Part shown: one piece after another, positions 54,411 through 63,441 of the stretch
How the letters are laid out: each line of letters opens with the position of its first letter
Numbering within the stretch: position 1 is the stretch's first letter
Assembly: GCA_001778495.1 (NCBI GenBank)
Contig: MFHE01000010.1
Span: 55,292 to 119,291, forward strand
DNA: 64,000 nt
From: Candidatus Giovannonibacteria bacterium RIFCSPHIGHO2_01_FULL_45_24
GTDB taxonomy: Bacteria; Patescibacteriota; Minisyncoccia; UBA11713; 2-01-FULL-45-33
Direction: 5' to 3'
Notes under the pieces: model-generated
Databases searched by the model: none
Told to the model about the DNA's origin: nothing
What the model saw: the letters and a program-made list of their open reading frames with translations, nothing else
Made by a program: the position numbers and the translations under genes

Positions 54411-54465
54411 AATATAATACTAATCTACAAATTTATGCGAATGATACAAATATTAAGAATAAAAA

Positions 54466-54918
54466 TCAAGCTTCCAAAAATGGGTCTTCCTGCGTCAGCG
54501 CGCTATTTATGTTTTTCCAAAAAACACTTTGTAATCTTTTAGGAAAAACTTTAATGCCCCGAATTTCTTCTTTATCAAACCAGCGCACATCTCCTACTCG
54601 GCCGTCATCGTTGTCTTGGGCACCAACCCCATTGAAATTGGCGTTGGCTTGAGGCCACCCTAACCAAAATATCTCAAATGAGATAGAATCTGGCTTGTCA
54701 TGAAATTCCTGAACATAAAGCAACCGCCCAATGTTAACATTTAAACTGGTTTCCTCTTTAACCTCTCGCTTTGCGCCTTGAATAATACGTTCTGTCTCAT
54801 ATTCCCATCCTCCGCCTGGCGGATACCAAAAATTTTGACCCCTATTGCGTACGAGTAAAACTTTATTACTATTGTTGTCATAAACCACAACACGATTTGC
54901 TATCCTCAATTTTTTCAT
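54466..54918 (-). CDS. NUDIX hydrolase
   Basis: GGGWEYETERIIQGAKREVKEETSL is a canonical Nudix box. Confidence 0.75.
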   Translation of the reverse strand: MKKLRIANRVVVYDNNSNKVLLVRNRGQNFWYPPGGGWEYETERIIQGAKREVKEETSLNVNIGRLLYVQEFHDKPDSISFEIFWLGWPQANANFNGVGAQDNDDGRVGDVRWFDKEEIRGIKVFPKRLQSVFWKNINSALTQEDPFLEA

Positions 54919-54925
54919 AAATTTC

Positions 54926-55312
54926 TTAATTCAGAATCCGCTTTGGGCTTAAGTATTTTTGCCTAAAATTAACTATAAGTCCTAGTTTCTTTCCGCTAGC
55001 TGTTAAATATCTTTTCATTTGAAAATAATCTTCTTTTGAAACTATTCTTTTGGCTTTTAAATCAACTACAACCCTGTCTTCTATCATAAAATCTGGAATA
55101 TTTCTTCTCTCATTTTCTCCCTCAAACGATGCGCCTAACGATTTCTCTCGCTGATAAGACATTCCGGCTGTTTTTAACGCCTCTTCCAAAGCATCCGTAT
55201 ATGATTTCTCACTTCTAAATTGGCCTAAATCGTTATGTATTTTAAAGCACAAACCGCAAATTTTGTACGATAGTTCCGGATATATTACTTTATCCATTCG
55301 TTGCATTCGCAT
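54926..55312 (-). CDS. GxxExxY-family protein (PD-(D/E)xK-like fold)
   Basis: About 125 aa. Pattern ...DFMIEDRVVVDLKAKRIVSKEDYFQMKRYLTASGKKLGLIVNF typical of the GxxExxY family. Confidence 0.45.
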   Translation of the reverse strand: MRMQRMDKVIYPELSYKICGLCFKIHNDLGQFRSEKSYTDALEEALKTAGMSYQREKSLGASFEGENERRNIPDFMIEDRVVVDLKAKRIVSKEDYFQMKRYLTASGKKLGLIVNFRQKYLSPKRILN

Positions 55313-55353
55313 ATTTGCAGCATTCGAATATTATTCGCAGATTTGTATTATAT

Positions 55354-55899
55354 TTATAACTTCTTCACTTGCAGGAAATCCAGCTCCACGGGGGTCTCGC
55401 GCCCGAAAACGGAAACGAACACCTTGACTTTGCCGCGCGCCTCGTCAATCTCCCCGACTTTGCCCTCAAAATCCTTGAACGGCCCGTCTATGATTCTAAC
55501 CGGCTCGCCCACGCCGACGTCAATTTTATGCGTCGGCTCTTCTTTGCCCATTCTAGCGAAAAGCGAATCAATTTCCTCTTTCTCCAGAGGCACCGGGGTC
55601 GTTCCCGAGCCCACAAAACCGGTGACCCGCGGCGTGTTGCGGACAATATACCACGAAGCGTCGGTTACAATCATCTCAACCAGAACATATCCCGGATAGA
55701 TTTCCTCTTCAACCACCCGGCGCTTGCCGCTTTTGATTTTTATCTTTTTTTCTTTGGGCACCACAACCTGAAAAATCTGGTCCTCCATCCCCAAAGATTC
55801 AATGCGCTGGCGCAAATTGCGGGCGACCGCGTCTTCGTAGCCGGAGTAGGTGTGCACCGCATACCAATTTTTTCCGAATTCGGATGTTTGCTTCGGCAT
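55354..55899 (-). CDS. nusG: Transcription termination/antitermination factor NusG
   Basis: WYAVHTYSGYE...NGN and KOW domains (GEPVRIIDGPFKDFEGKVGEID). Confidence 0.9.
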   Translation of the reverse strand: MPKQTSEFGKNWYAVHTYSGYEDAVARNLRQRIESLGMEDQIFQVVVPKEKKIKIKSGKRRVVEEEIYPGYVLVEMIVTDASWYIVRNTPRVTGFVGSGTTPVPLEKEEIDSLFARMGKEEPTHKIDVGVGEPVRIIDGPFKDFEGKVGEIDEARGKVKVFVSVFGRETPVELDFLQVKKL

Positions 55900-55911
55900 A
55901 AATTTAAAAAA

Positions 55912-56094
55912 TTAAATAAATATCCTGATTACGCGCGAAAATATAAAATCAAACGCGCCCAAAACCGCGGCCACGGCCAAAGAAACCGCGATTACAGTAA
56001 TGGTATATCGCAATGTTTCCTGCCTCGTCGGCCAGTTCACCTTTTTCATCTCCAGCCGGGTTTCTTTAAAATAATTTGTTAACTTCGTAAACAT
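55912..56094 (-). CDS. secE: Preprotein translocase subunit SecE
   Basis: 60 aa. ...ETRLEMKKVNWPTRQETLRYTITVIAVSLAVAAVLGAFDFIF single TM. Immediately upstream of nusG. Confidence 0.75.
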   Translation of the reverse strand: MFTKLTNYFKETRLEMKKVNWPTRQETLRYTITVIAVSLAVAAVLGAFDFIFSRVIRIFI

Positions 56095-56131
56095 AATACT
56101 AATTTACAAACGTGAATTTGTGTTATTTACC

Positions 56132-56156
56132 ATTTTTAAAAGCCCCGCGGGGCTCT
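56132..56156 (-). terminator. Rho-independent terminator downstream of gyrB
   Basis: Minus strand: AGCCCCG-CGGGGCU palindrome followed by UUUAAAAAUGG. Confidence 0.45.
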
Positions 56157-56189
56157 TACATTTCAATAATACTCCGCGCGCGAAATATG

Positions 56190-58169
56190 TCAAATGTCCA
56201 GATTCTTCACCGCTTTGGCGTGGGTTTGAATAAAAAGTTTCCTCGGCTCCACTTCATCACCCATCAAAACGTCAAAAATATGGTCGGCCGCTTTGGCGTC
56301 TTCAATAGTCACCTGCTTAAGCACCCTTCGCGCCGGGTCCATGGTCGTCTCCCAAAGCTGCTCGGCGTTCATCTCGCCCAAACCCTTGTAGCGCTGGATG
56401 TTTTGCCCGTCAACTCCTTTCGTCATTTTGTTTTTTTCTTCTTCGGCGTAAGCGTATTTTACATCCTTGCCTTTTTGGATTTTATAAAGCGGCGGCTGGG
56501 CAATATAAACATATCCTTGCTGAACCAGCGGCAGGTAGTATCTGTAAAAAAGCGTTAAAAGTAGCGTCCGTATGTGCGCGCCGTCCACGTCCGCGTCCGT
56601 CATAATCACAACGCGGTGGTAGCGGAGCTTGGATATGTCAAAGCTCTCCGCGATTGCCGCGCCCAAGGCAATCACCAGCGCTTTGATCTCCTGCGAGGTC
56701 AGCATCTTGTCCAGACGCGCTTTCTCAACGTTTAAGATTTTGCCACGCAGAGGCAAAATCGCCTGGAATCTTCTGTCTCTGGCCTGCTTGGCCGTGCCCC
56801 CGGCGGAATCTCCCTCAACTATGAAAATTTCCGACTCGGCGGCGTTCTTGGACTGGCAATCCGCCAGTTTTCCGGGGAGCGCCAGGCCCTCCAAAGCGCC
56901 TTTCCGCAAAATAGTGTCTTTGGCCGCCTTGGCCGCCTTGCGCGCCTTGAGAGCCAAGATGACTTTTTCCAAAATCGCCCGCGCGTCCTGCGGCTGCTCT
57001 TCCAAAAACGCGTCAAATGCTTTCCCGAATACGTCTTCCACCGCCGTGCGCGCCTCGGGGTTGCCGAGTTTCGCTTTAGTTTGCCCTTCAAACTGCGGAT
57101 TTTTAAGTTTTACGGAAATTACGGAAGTCAGCCCCTCGCGGACGTCCTCCCCAGTCAGATTTTCTTCGGATTCCTTAAGATACCCGTTTTTGCGGGCGTA
57201 TGAATTCAAAGAGCGCGTCAGCGCCGTCCGAAAACCGGTTGCGTGCTGGCCGCCTTCCTGGTTTAAAATATTATTTGCGAAAGCGAGCTCCCTCGTTTGA
57301 AGGTCGTCAACATACTGCAAAGCAATTTCAACCATAATTCCTTCGGATTCTTTTTGGGTATAAAAAATTGTGTCGTGCTTGGGCTGGAAATCCTCGTTAA
57401 GGTACGTCACGTAAGAAGCCACGCCGCCTTCAAAGTAAAAGGCATAGGATTTATGCTCCGTTTTGTCTTTGGCGCGCTCGTCATGCACGGAAATTTTTAT
57501 GCCCTTGGTAAGATAGGCCTGCTGGCGCATGCGCTCCAAAATCCTTTTCCAGTCAAATTCCGGAATCTTGCCTCCGCCGGCTGGCGGATTTACCGGCATA
57601 AAAATTTCCGTGTCCGGCTCAAAAGTAACGGCTGTGCCGATACGCGAGCATCTGCCTACTTTCTGAACTTTGGTTTTTGGTTTGCCTCTTTGGTATTCCT
57701 GCGCCCACTGCTCGCCCTCGCGGCAAACCTCCACGCGCATCCAGGAAGACAAAGCGTTGACCACGGAAACTCCGACTCCGTGTAGCCCCCCTGAAACTTT
57801 ATACCCCGCTCCGCCGAATTTTCCTCCGGCGTGGAGCATCGTCATTACGGTTTCCAGCGCAGATTTTTTGGTATGCTTATGGATTTCAATGGGTATTCCC
57901 CGGCCGTCGTCAATAACGCGGACGTGGTGAGCCGGCAGCAAAGTTACGGCGATATTTTTGGCGTACCCGGCCATCGCCTCGTCAATGGAGTTGTCCACCA
58001 CCTCCCAAATCAAGTGATGAAGCCCGTCCGGGCCGGTTGAGCCGATATACATCCCCGGGCGCTTCCTGACGGGCTCCAAACCCTCCAATACAAAAATGTC
58101 TTTGGCGGTATAACTCCCTCCCTTTCCCTCCGTATTTTGGGGCTTTGTTTTTGGCACTTTTTTAGGCAT
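56190..58169 (-). CDS. gyrB: DNA gyrase subunit B
   Basis: GHKL ATPase ...LHGVGVSVVNALS..., Toprim ...IVEGDSAGG..., C-terminal ...GLGEMN... Confidence 0.9.
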   Translation of the reverse strand: MPKKVPKTKPQNTEGKGGSYTAKDIFVLEGLEPVRKRPGMYIGSTGPDGLHHLIWEVVDNSIDEAMAGYAKNIAVTLLPAHHVRVIDDGRGIPIEIHKHTKKSALETVMTMLHAGGKFGGAGYKVSGGLHGVGVSVVNALSSWMRVEVCREGEQWAQEYQRGKPKTKVQKVGRCSRIGTAVTFEPDTEIFMPVNPPAGGGKIPEFDWKRILERMRQQAYLTKGIKISVHDERAKDKTEHKSYAFYFEGGVASYVTYLNEDFQPKHDTIFYTQKESEGIMVEIALQYVDDLQTRELAFANNILNQEGGQHATGFRTALTRSLNSYARKNGYLKESEENLTGEDVREGLTSVISVKLKNPQFEGQTKAKLGNPEARTAVEDVFGKAFDAFLEEQPQDARAILEKVILALKARKAAKAAKDTILRKGALEGLALPGKLADCQSKNAAESEIFIVEGDSAGGTAKQARDRRFQAILPLRGKILNVEKARLDKMLTSQEIKALVIALGAAIAESFDISKLRYHRVVIMTDADVDGAHIRTLLLTLFYRYYLPLVQQGYVYIAQPPLYKIQKGKDVKYAYAEEEKNKMTKGVDGQNIQRYKGLGEMNAEQLWETTMDPARRVLKQVTIEDAKAADHIFDVLMGDEVEPRKLFIQTHAKAVKNLDI

Positions 58170-58203
58170 AAATCTTATCCAAATTTGTACTTAAATCTTA
58201 GCA
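58170..58203 (-). promoter_or_regulatory. Upstream motif (minus strand GTGCTAAGATTTAAGTACAAATTTGGATAAGATTT) abutting the gyrB start; copy 4
   Basis: Shares GCTAAG...TTTG.ATAAGATTT with the three motifs near thyA. Confidence 0.25.
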
Positions 58204-58209
58204 CAATTA

Positions 58210-58731
58210 TCACCCGATTACCACTACCTTTCCTTTCCAGATTTTTAGAAATTCCGACAGATTTAAAAACTTAAATTCGCCGTCTTTGCGGGTATAGGCG
58301 TTTGGGTCGTGAATATAAAATCCCTCCGGAACATCACCGCCCTCTTCCAGCCCGACAATCAAAACAAGGTGCCCCCCGCCAGTGTTTTTCATGGAAGCCA
58401 AAACCGGAATTTCTTTTTTTAAAAATTCAGCCAGATATTTTACGGCTTCATTCTTTTTGTCCTCCGCCCATTCTTTCCTAAACGAATTTTCAAATCCGTG
58501 TTTTTTGGCAAGCTCCACCAACCCCTGATGAATCCAGCCGACACCGTTTAAATACGCGCCGGATGCAAGCCCTTCTTTTATTAAATCATCCAAATTCCCT
58601 AACTTAGACGTCGGACGTCTAAGTGAATCCATAGCCATCGCAAGCGCGCAAATCCCGCAGCTGCGCCATTTCCATTCGGGGTCTAAGATGTCCAAACGTT
58701 GGGAATAATATGGCGCGCCGAGTTTCATCAC
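58210..58731 (-). CDS. Peptidase C39-like (papain-fold) domain protein
   Basis: PYYSQRLDILDPEWKWRSCGICALAMAM matches the Peptidase_C39_2 pattern (YYQ...CGpaslaM). Confidence 0.55.
   Translation of the reverse strand: MMKLGAPYYSQRLDILDPEWKWRSCGICALAMAMDSLRRPTSKLGNLDDLIKEGLASGAYLNGVGWIHQGLVELAKKHGFENSFRKEWAEDKKNEAVKYLAEFLKKEIPVLASMKNTGGGHLVLIVGLEEGGDVPEGFYIHDPNAYTRKDGEFKFLNLSEFLKIWKGKVVVIG
58597..58620. repeat. 24-nt palindromic core AACTTAGACGTC-G-GACGTCTAAGT inside the C39-like peptidase CDS (copy 2 of 2)
   Basis: Identical to the core of 44532..44562. Both copies encode LRRPTSKL in frame. Confidence 0.6.
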
Positions 58732-59855
58732 CTCACTTCGGCGTTAAATTGCTTTTGTGTTTCGGAGTAGATTTTGGGCATTATCTCATCAACCTCGCCA
58801 GAGGTTAAAGTTCTGTCGTTGCTTCGGAAAACTATCCGGTAAGCATAGCTGGTTTTTGCTTCCCCGAACTTTTCGGGGTTTTCATATTTATCAATCAGCT
58901 TAACTTCCTCAACCAAATCGCCGCCCAAGTCGCGTATCAGGTCAAAATAATTATTTGGGATAAAATCTTTTGAAACCACAAAAGATATGTCGCGGGTAAT
59001 CGGCGGGTATTTGCTCACCGGAATATATTTATTGCCGAGTTTGAGCTGCTTTTTGATGCGCGGGTCTTCCGACCATAAAAGCCGGATGTCGGGCAGACTC
59101 ATAGAAGCCATAGCCAGCCTCTCTAAACCAAAACCAAAAGCCCAACCGTGGTATCCGGTGAGCCCAAAATTTGCCAGTACGCTCTTTCTGGCCATGCCGG
59201 AGCCGAGCATTTCTATCCACTCACCGCCAATTTCTGCCTCCATCTCAAAACTTGGATCCGTGTAAGGAAAATTATGATCGTAAAATCTAAAGTTAATGTT
59301 TCCAAAAATACTTCTGGCAACTTCTGAAAGAGCATTTTTTAAGTCCTCCGGCGTTATGTTTTTTTTGTCGTCAGGCCCAATATAAAGCCCCCCAAACTGG
59401 TGGAATACGTTCATGTGGCTCCGGTCAATTTCGTCTTTTCGATATACTTTTCCATAACAAATTACGCCCAAGGTTTCCTTGTTTTCGATTCTTTTTTTAA
59501 TTTCCGGGTGATTTAAATAATAGTACCAAAATACCGTATCGTGGGTTCTCAACACATAACCGTCGCCGATATAATAAGTATCTGATTTGCTGCGGGCAGG
59601 ATGCCCCGGCGGCATATTAAATAGATCAAACAAAATATTGGTGGGTATAATTTCCGGAATTTGGATTATATCGAATTCCTCAAGGCTTTTGACCTTTGAG
59701 GCTCTCTCAACTATTTCTTTGAGCGGACTCCCTTCGGTGCGCGACAAATCCGGCATATTCAAAAAGTGCAAAATCCGCCTTGCTTCGGCGTCTTCCCGCG
59801 CCTCAAGCGCTTTTTTCAATTTCGCCTCCTCCGGCGATTTGATTTCAATATTCAT
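58728..59855 (-). CDS. pheS: Phenylalanine--tRNA ligase alpha subunit
   Basis: ...PPGHPARSKSDTYY...FRKDEIDRSHMNVFHQFGG...AFGFGLERLAMA are class-II motifs 1 to 3. Confidence 0.8.
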   Translation of the reverse strand: MNIEIKSPEEAKLKKALEAREDAEARRILHFLNMPDLSRTEGSPLKEIVERASKVKSLEEFDIIQIPEIIPTNILFDLFNMPPGHPARSKSDTYYIGDGYVLRTHDTVFWYYYLNHPEIKKRIENKETLGVICYGKVYRKDEIDRSHMNVFHQFGGLYIGPDDKKNITPEDLKNALSEVARSIFGNINFRFYDHNFPYTDPSFEMEAEIGGEWIEMLGSGMARKSVLANFGLTGYHGWAFGFGLERLAMASMSLPDIRLLWSEDPRIKKQLKLGNKYIPVSKYPPITRDISFVVSKDFIPNNYFDLIRDLGGDLVEEVKLIDKYENPEKFGEAKTSYAYRIVFRSNDRTLTSGEVDEIMPKIYSETQKQFNAEVR

Positions 59856-60304
59856 TTGATTATCCGCTTAACCACGATAAGAGGTCCGTATTTTTTTATG
59901 ACATAATTCAAATCTTTTTCTTCAACCTCGCCGCGCTCCGCGACTTCCGGATTTTCTTGGATTCTTTCGGAAGCTGCGTGGATGGCTTTGCCGTCCCCCG
60001 CGTATAAAACCACGTGCCCAACGCCAGCCGGAAATTTTTTGTTGTAAAAACCGCGCTCGCCGTGGAGAAATATTAAATCCCCCGGCTGGATGTTTTCCAA
60101 ATCAACCTCCGCCCCTTCGTCTGCCTGCAGTATCGTGCTTCGCGGGATGTCCACGTCAACCTGCTTAAAAACGTATTGAGTAAAAAGCGAGCAGTCAAAA
60201 AAGTCCGGGGCTTCATCCGTATTCGCCCCATATTTGTATGGTTTCCCAACCAAACTTTTAGCAATTTTAACAAGCCGGGAAATTTTATTTTCTTTTTCCG
60301 CCAT
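59852..60304 (-). CDS. NlpC/P60 (C40) family peptidoglycan endopeptidase
   Basis: YKYGANTDEAPDFFDCSLFTQYVF...GHVVLYAGDGKAIHAA is the Cys-His catalytic layout. Confidence 0.7.
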   Translation of the reverse strand: MAEKENKISRLVKIAKSLVGKPYKYGANTDEAPDFFDCSLFTQYVFKQVDVDIPRSTILQADEGAEVDLENIQPGDLIFLHGERGFYNKKFPAGVGHVVLYAGDGKAIHAASERIQENPEVAERGEVEEKDLNYVIKKYGPLIVVKRIIK

Positions 60305-60360
60305 TTCTTAAAATAATAATACAAAAAAAATCCCGAATCAAGCGCAGAAAAATTCACACA

Positions 60361-61038
60361 TTATGTTCCATTGCGGCGTTCGCGCTTTTTGTATTCGTTT
60401 ACGATGTTTTCAAACTCTTCTTTGGTAAATTCCGGCCAGAAAGTTTTCGGGAAAAAAAGCTCGCTGTAAGCCGCCTGCCACAAAAGAAAATTGGAGAGGC
60501 GCTGCTCGCCGCCAGTGCGGATGATAATATCGGGGTCCGGCATTCCTGCAGTCCACAAATTGCGCGCTAAAGATTCTTCGCTTACGGCTTCACCTTTTTT
60601 GGCGAGAGCGCCCGCCGCTTGGGCAATATCCGCCCGCCCGCCGTAGGAAAGCAATATCCAGATTGTGATTTTTGGGTCAGCGGGGCTTTTTTCTTCCGTC
60701 TCGCGCATCAATTTTTGGAGATTTTCGGAAAAGCGCCGAAGCTGGCCCACAAAGCGGACTCTGGCTCCTTCTTTTGCAAGCCGGCTGGCTTTGTCTTTGG
60801 CCATTGTCTCAAAAAGCGACATGAGCATGGAAACTTCTTCCTCGGGCCTCTCCCAGTTTTCGGTGGAGAAAGCGTAGAGAGCCAAATGCTTTATCCCCAT
60901 GTCGCGCGCGGCAAGCGCTATCGGCTCAACGTTGTTAAGCCCTTGCCGGTGGCCTTCAAAAAATGGGAGCCCGCGCTCCTTTGCCCAACGGCGGTTTCCG
61001 TCCAAAATAATGCCCACGCATAACGGCGTATCCTGCAT
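60361..61038 (-). CDS. uppS: Isoprenyl transferase (undecaprenyl-diphosphate synthase)
   Basis: GIILDGNRRWAKERGL...HLALYAFSTENWERP...IIIRTGGEQRLSNFLLWQAAYSELFF. Confidence 0.85.
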   Translation of the reverse strand: MQDTPLCVGIILDGNRRWAKERGLPFFEGHRQGLNNVEPIALAARDMGIKHLALYAFSTENWERPEEEVSMLMSLFETMAKDKASRLAKEGARVRFVGQLRRFSENLQKLMRETEEKSPADPKITIWILLSYGGRADIAQAAGALAKKGEAVSEESLARNLWTAGMPDPDIIIRTGGEQRLSNFLLWQAAYSELFFPKTFWPEFTKEEFENIVNEYKKRERRNGT

Positions 61039-61115
61039 ATATAGGTATAATCTTAATACAGAATTATAAAGTCACTATATTTCCTTTGTTTCAATACGCC
61101 ACCCGTCTGGCGCAT

Positions 61116-61523
61116 TCACAACATTCCAATATTCTCAAGAATGTTGGAATGTTGTTTTGGGCGATAAGTAACGGCGTGGCCGGCTTCCCCGACTTGTTCT
61201 ATTTTGCCTTCTTTCTCTAGCTCGTCCAGATAGCGCACGGCGGTGCGCGAGGATACGCCGAGCGCCTTGCGGATTTCGGCGTTGGAGAGCTTCTTTGTCT
61301 CGCCGGAGCCCTGCGCGGAGGCGGACGGCTTTTCAAAAAGCTCAATAATCTTTTGTTTGCGGGCTTCTTTTTGCGAAGCCGTTTCAAGCGCTGACTTGCA
61401 AATGCCGACAAATTCCTCGCCAACAGCCGTGCCATGCTTCCCCGCCTCCCTACGCGACACCACCAACACAAAACCGACAATGATAATAACCAGCGCGATT
61501 ATGAATAATAGTATTTGCCCCAT
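61116..61523 (-). CDS. Membrane-anchored winged-helix (HTH) protein
   Basis: N-terminal TM ILLFIIALVIIIVGFVLVV. C-terminal LSNAEIRKALGVSSRTAVRYLDELEKEGKIEQV is a winged-helix motif. Confidence 0.4.
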   Translation of the reverse strand: MGQILLFIIALVIIIVGFVLVVSRREAGKHGTAVGEEFVGICKSALETASQKEARKQKIIELFEKPSASAQGSGETKKLSNAEIRKALGVSSRTAVRYLDELEKEGKIEQVGEAGHAVTYRPKQHSNILENIGML

Positions 61524-61583
61524 AAATTTATTTTACCGCTTTTCGTTTTTTAAGCCAAAATCCCGCAAAAATCACGCAAAGAA

Positions 61584-61751
61584 CTACGCCTTTTTATTCT
61601 CCTCGGCGTGAGCGGTGATCTCAATATTGCAACTCTTATGCTCCCGGCACCACGCTTCGCATTTCTCTGCCCATTCTTTTTCGACATAATGAAAACCGCA
61701 CTCCTCGCATTGGTATAACTCTTGATTTTCTTTTTGAATAACTTTGACCAT
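61584..61751 (-). CDS. Small Cys-rich (putative zinc-ribbon) protein, 55 aa; not in ORF track
   Basis: MVKVIQKENQELYQCEECGFHYVEKEWAEKCEAWCREHKSCNIEITAHAEENKKA has CxxC...CxxxC...C spacing. Confidence 0.3.
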   Translation of the reverse strand: MVKVIQKENQELYQCEECGFHYVEKEWAEKCEAWCREHKSCNIEITAHAEENKKA

Positions 61752-61757
61752 ATTTGA

Positions 61758-61871
61758 TTAAAGAAAATCGGCGAGTTCTTCGCGCTCGTCTTCGTCAAAT
61801 TCGTCAGGATCAAGCCCCTCGCTTTCCAATTTTGCTCTTATTTCTTTTTGCCGGTCTTTTTCTTCGTCCAT
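61758..61871 (-). CDS. Small acidic ORF, 37 aa; not in ORF track
   Basis: MDEEKDRQKEIRAKLESEGLDPDEFDEDEREELADFL. Its stop lies 6 nt upstream of the zinc-ribbon ORF's start (minus strand). Confidence 0.2.
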   Translation of the reverse strand: MDEEKDRQKEIRAKLESEGLDPDEFDEDEREELADFL

Positions 61872-61954
61872 AATTTTATTTGCTTGCCCCGCCCTCCCCG
61901 TGCGCGCATTATGTATTTTTGCCGATTTAATAGATCGGCAAACTCCCTTTCTTC

Positions 61955-62653
61955 TTACAACTTACTGGCGACAGTCCAAATGCTGTCAAAATAACCTTTA
62001 AGTATCCTTCCAACGCCCTTGTCCACCTTAAAAATATATGACGACTTCTTACCGCCCAAAGAATGGAGTGATGTTCCGGCCGCAAAGTAGTCGCCATCTA
62101 TCATAAAAAAGCGGTCGTGAACAATATTGGATTTTCGCGCCTCAAATCCCGGAAACTCTTTTTTGAATCTGGGTAACCCCCTCATAAACTTCCCATAGGT
62201 GTTGTTTGTTAGCAGTTTAATTTTGGCTTTGGGGAAAACCGAGGATAAAATATCCAAAGTTCCTTCTTCTACATAGCCATCAAAAATTAGCATCTCCTTC
62301 TTGGTTTTAGAGAATAAACCCGTTAATACTTGATAGGCAGTAAAGGGTTTACTTGGGTCAAAAATAAAAGTGCTATTGCCTGTTAGCTTTGAATTACTCA
62401 ATGCTTTTCTAACGACCCAAAGATTTTTGAGCCATCGTTTCTTTACAAGCCGTTGATTGCTGACAGATTTAGATAAATACCTAAGAGCCGTAACTGCCTT
62501 TGGATGTCCAGATAAGGTGTTGGCTAATTCTTGGTGGTATTCATCAATCCAACTCTCGGCCGTATCCCGAACACTCTTTTCAGAGATTGTGGCTGAACTT
62601 TTAGAAATCACCTTTATCAATTCATCGGTCGCTTTAATAATTTCTTGGTGATT
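61955..62653 (-). CDS. Hypothetical protein with a PLD-like HxK-type motif variant (HDRx4Dx6GTS)
   Basis: ...NIVHDRFFMIDGDYFAAGTSLHSLGG... resembles the phospholipase-D/nuclease HxKx4Dx6GS signature with R for K. The start is moved to an internal Met to avoid overlapping the upstream gene; the track ORF extends to 62761. Confidence 0.35.
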   Translation of the reverse strand, partial: NHQEIIKATDELIKVISKSSATISEKSVRDTAESWIDEYHQELANTLSGHPKAVTALRYLSKSVSNQRLVKKRWLKNLWVVRKALSNSKLTGNSTFIFDPSKPFTAYQVLTGLFSKTKKEMLIFDGYVEEGTLDILSSVFPKAKIKLLTNNTYGKFMRGLPRFKKEFPGFEARKSNIVHDRFFMIDGDYFAAGTSLHSLGGKKSSYIFKVDKGVGRILKGYFDSIWTVASKL

Positions 62654-62663
62654 CATAAGGGTA

Positions 62664-63032
62664 TTAGTTTTTCTGTTTATATCGCCAAGGATGTTTTTTT
62701 GTCCCCTCGCCATCGCGTTGAAGGAGACCGTGGGCGGGACTGGCGAATCTCCTAAGAACATTAGATATGGAGGCGCGCTTGGCGGTTAATACTTGCTGTT
62801 TCAATTTCTTGACGACATCGTTGTCGGTTTTCCAATCACGAAAGAAACCGCTCTCAATCAATTTTTTTACTGGTGTCCCAAGGTCGGTTTTCACTCTCTT
62901 GGATTTCTTTCGTTTCTTTCCGGTAGCGGCCTCTGCTATCGTCGCGTCAGAATCGCCCCGCTCAAGTTTGGCAATTCTTGTCTCAATACCATCTAACCTT
63001 TTTAAGATTTTTTTGGCGATGTCGTTATTCAT
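62664..63032 (-). CDS. Small modular protein: N-terminal coiled coil, Lys-rich linker, C-terminal GFF domain
   Basis: MNNDIAKKILKRLDGIETRIAKLER...GKKRKKSKRVK...KKLIESGFFRDWKTDNDVVKKLKQQ...NVLRRF...HPWRYKQKN. Confidence 0.35.
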   Translation of the reverse strand: MNNDIAKKILKRLDGIETRIAKLERGDSDATIAEAATGKKRKKSKRVKTDLGTPVKKLIESGFFRDWKTDNDVVKKLKQQVLTAKRASISNVLRRFASPAHGLLQRDGEGTKKHPWRYKQKN

Positions 63033-63432
63033 ATACTTCCTTCCAAGCGTTTGTTAAGCAATAAGTCCCGTGTGCTTTAGAATCCGCCCAACCTTGGGTT
63101 TTTGCCTCATTGGGATAGAAGCGGTTAAACTTACCCAGTAAGTTTTTAGCACTCATTTTACTCCACTCGTTTCTAACTTTCTCTAACTCTACATCAACGC
63201 CGACCTCGCTTTTGGTTAAGAAAGCAAGAAGCAAAACAAATCTCTTTGGTCCGCTTTTTCCTGCGGCGTATCTTTTGACGAAGGCCCTGATGTTTAAGGA
63301 GAAATCGGGTTCTTGATGAGAACTCCCTTTTATTTTTGGCTTTGGACGGTTATTACCAAAGACGGCTTTTTTTAAGTCGGCTATATCTTTCTCTGCTTTT
63401 TCTACGCGGGTAATGAGTTGGTTGTCGTTCAT
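63025..63432 (-). CDS. Small modular protein: similar N-terminal coiled coil, different C-terminal domain
   Basis: MNDNQLITRVEKAEKDIADLKKAVFG... N-terminus parallels 62664..63032. 8-nt overlap with the downstream gene. Confidence 0.35.
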   Translation of the reverse strand: MNDNQLITRVEKAEKDIADLKKAVFGNNRPKPKIKGSSHQEPDFSLNIRAFVKRYAAGKSGPKRFVLLLAFLTKSEVGVDVELEKVRNEWSKMSAKNLLGKFNRFYPNEAKTQGWADSKAHGTYCLTNAWKEVYE

Positions 63433-63441
63433 AGTGATAAA

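Noticed and set aside
56095-56189. Expected tRNA-Trp upstream of secE
   Set aside because: In many bacteria tRNA-Trp precedes secE. The 95-nt spacer here is AT-rich, has only a short GC palindrome (the gyrB terminator) and cannot fold into a cloverleaf.
61550-61813. 87-aa minus-strand ORF
   Set aside because: K/R/S-rich low-complexity translation. An alternative frame in the same region gives a 55-aa Cys-rich zinc-ribbon-like protein plus an adjacent acidic ORF, which look more gene-like.
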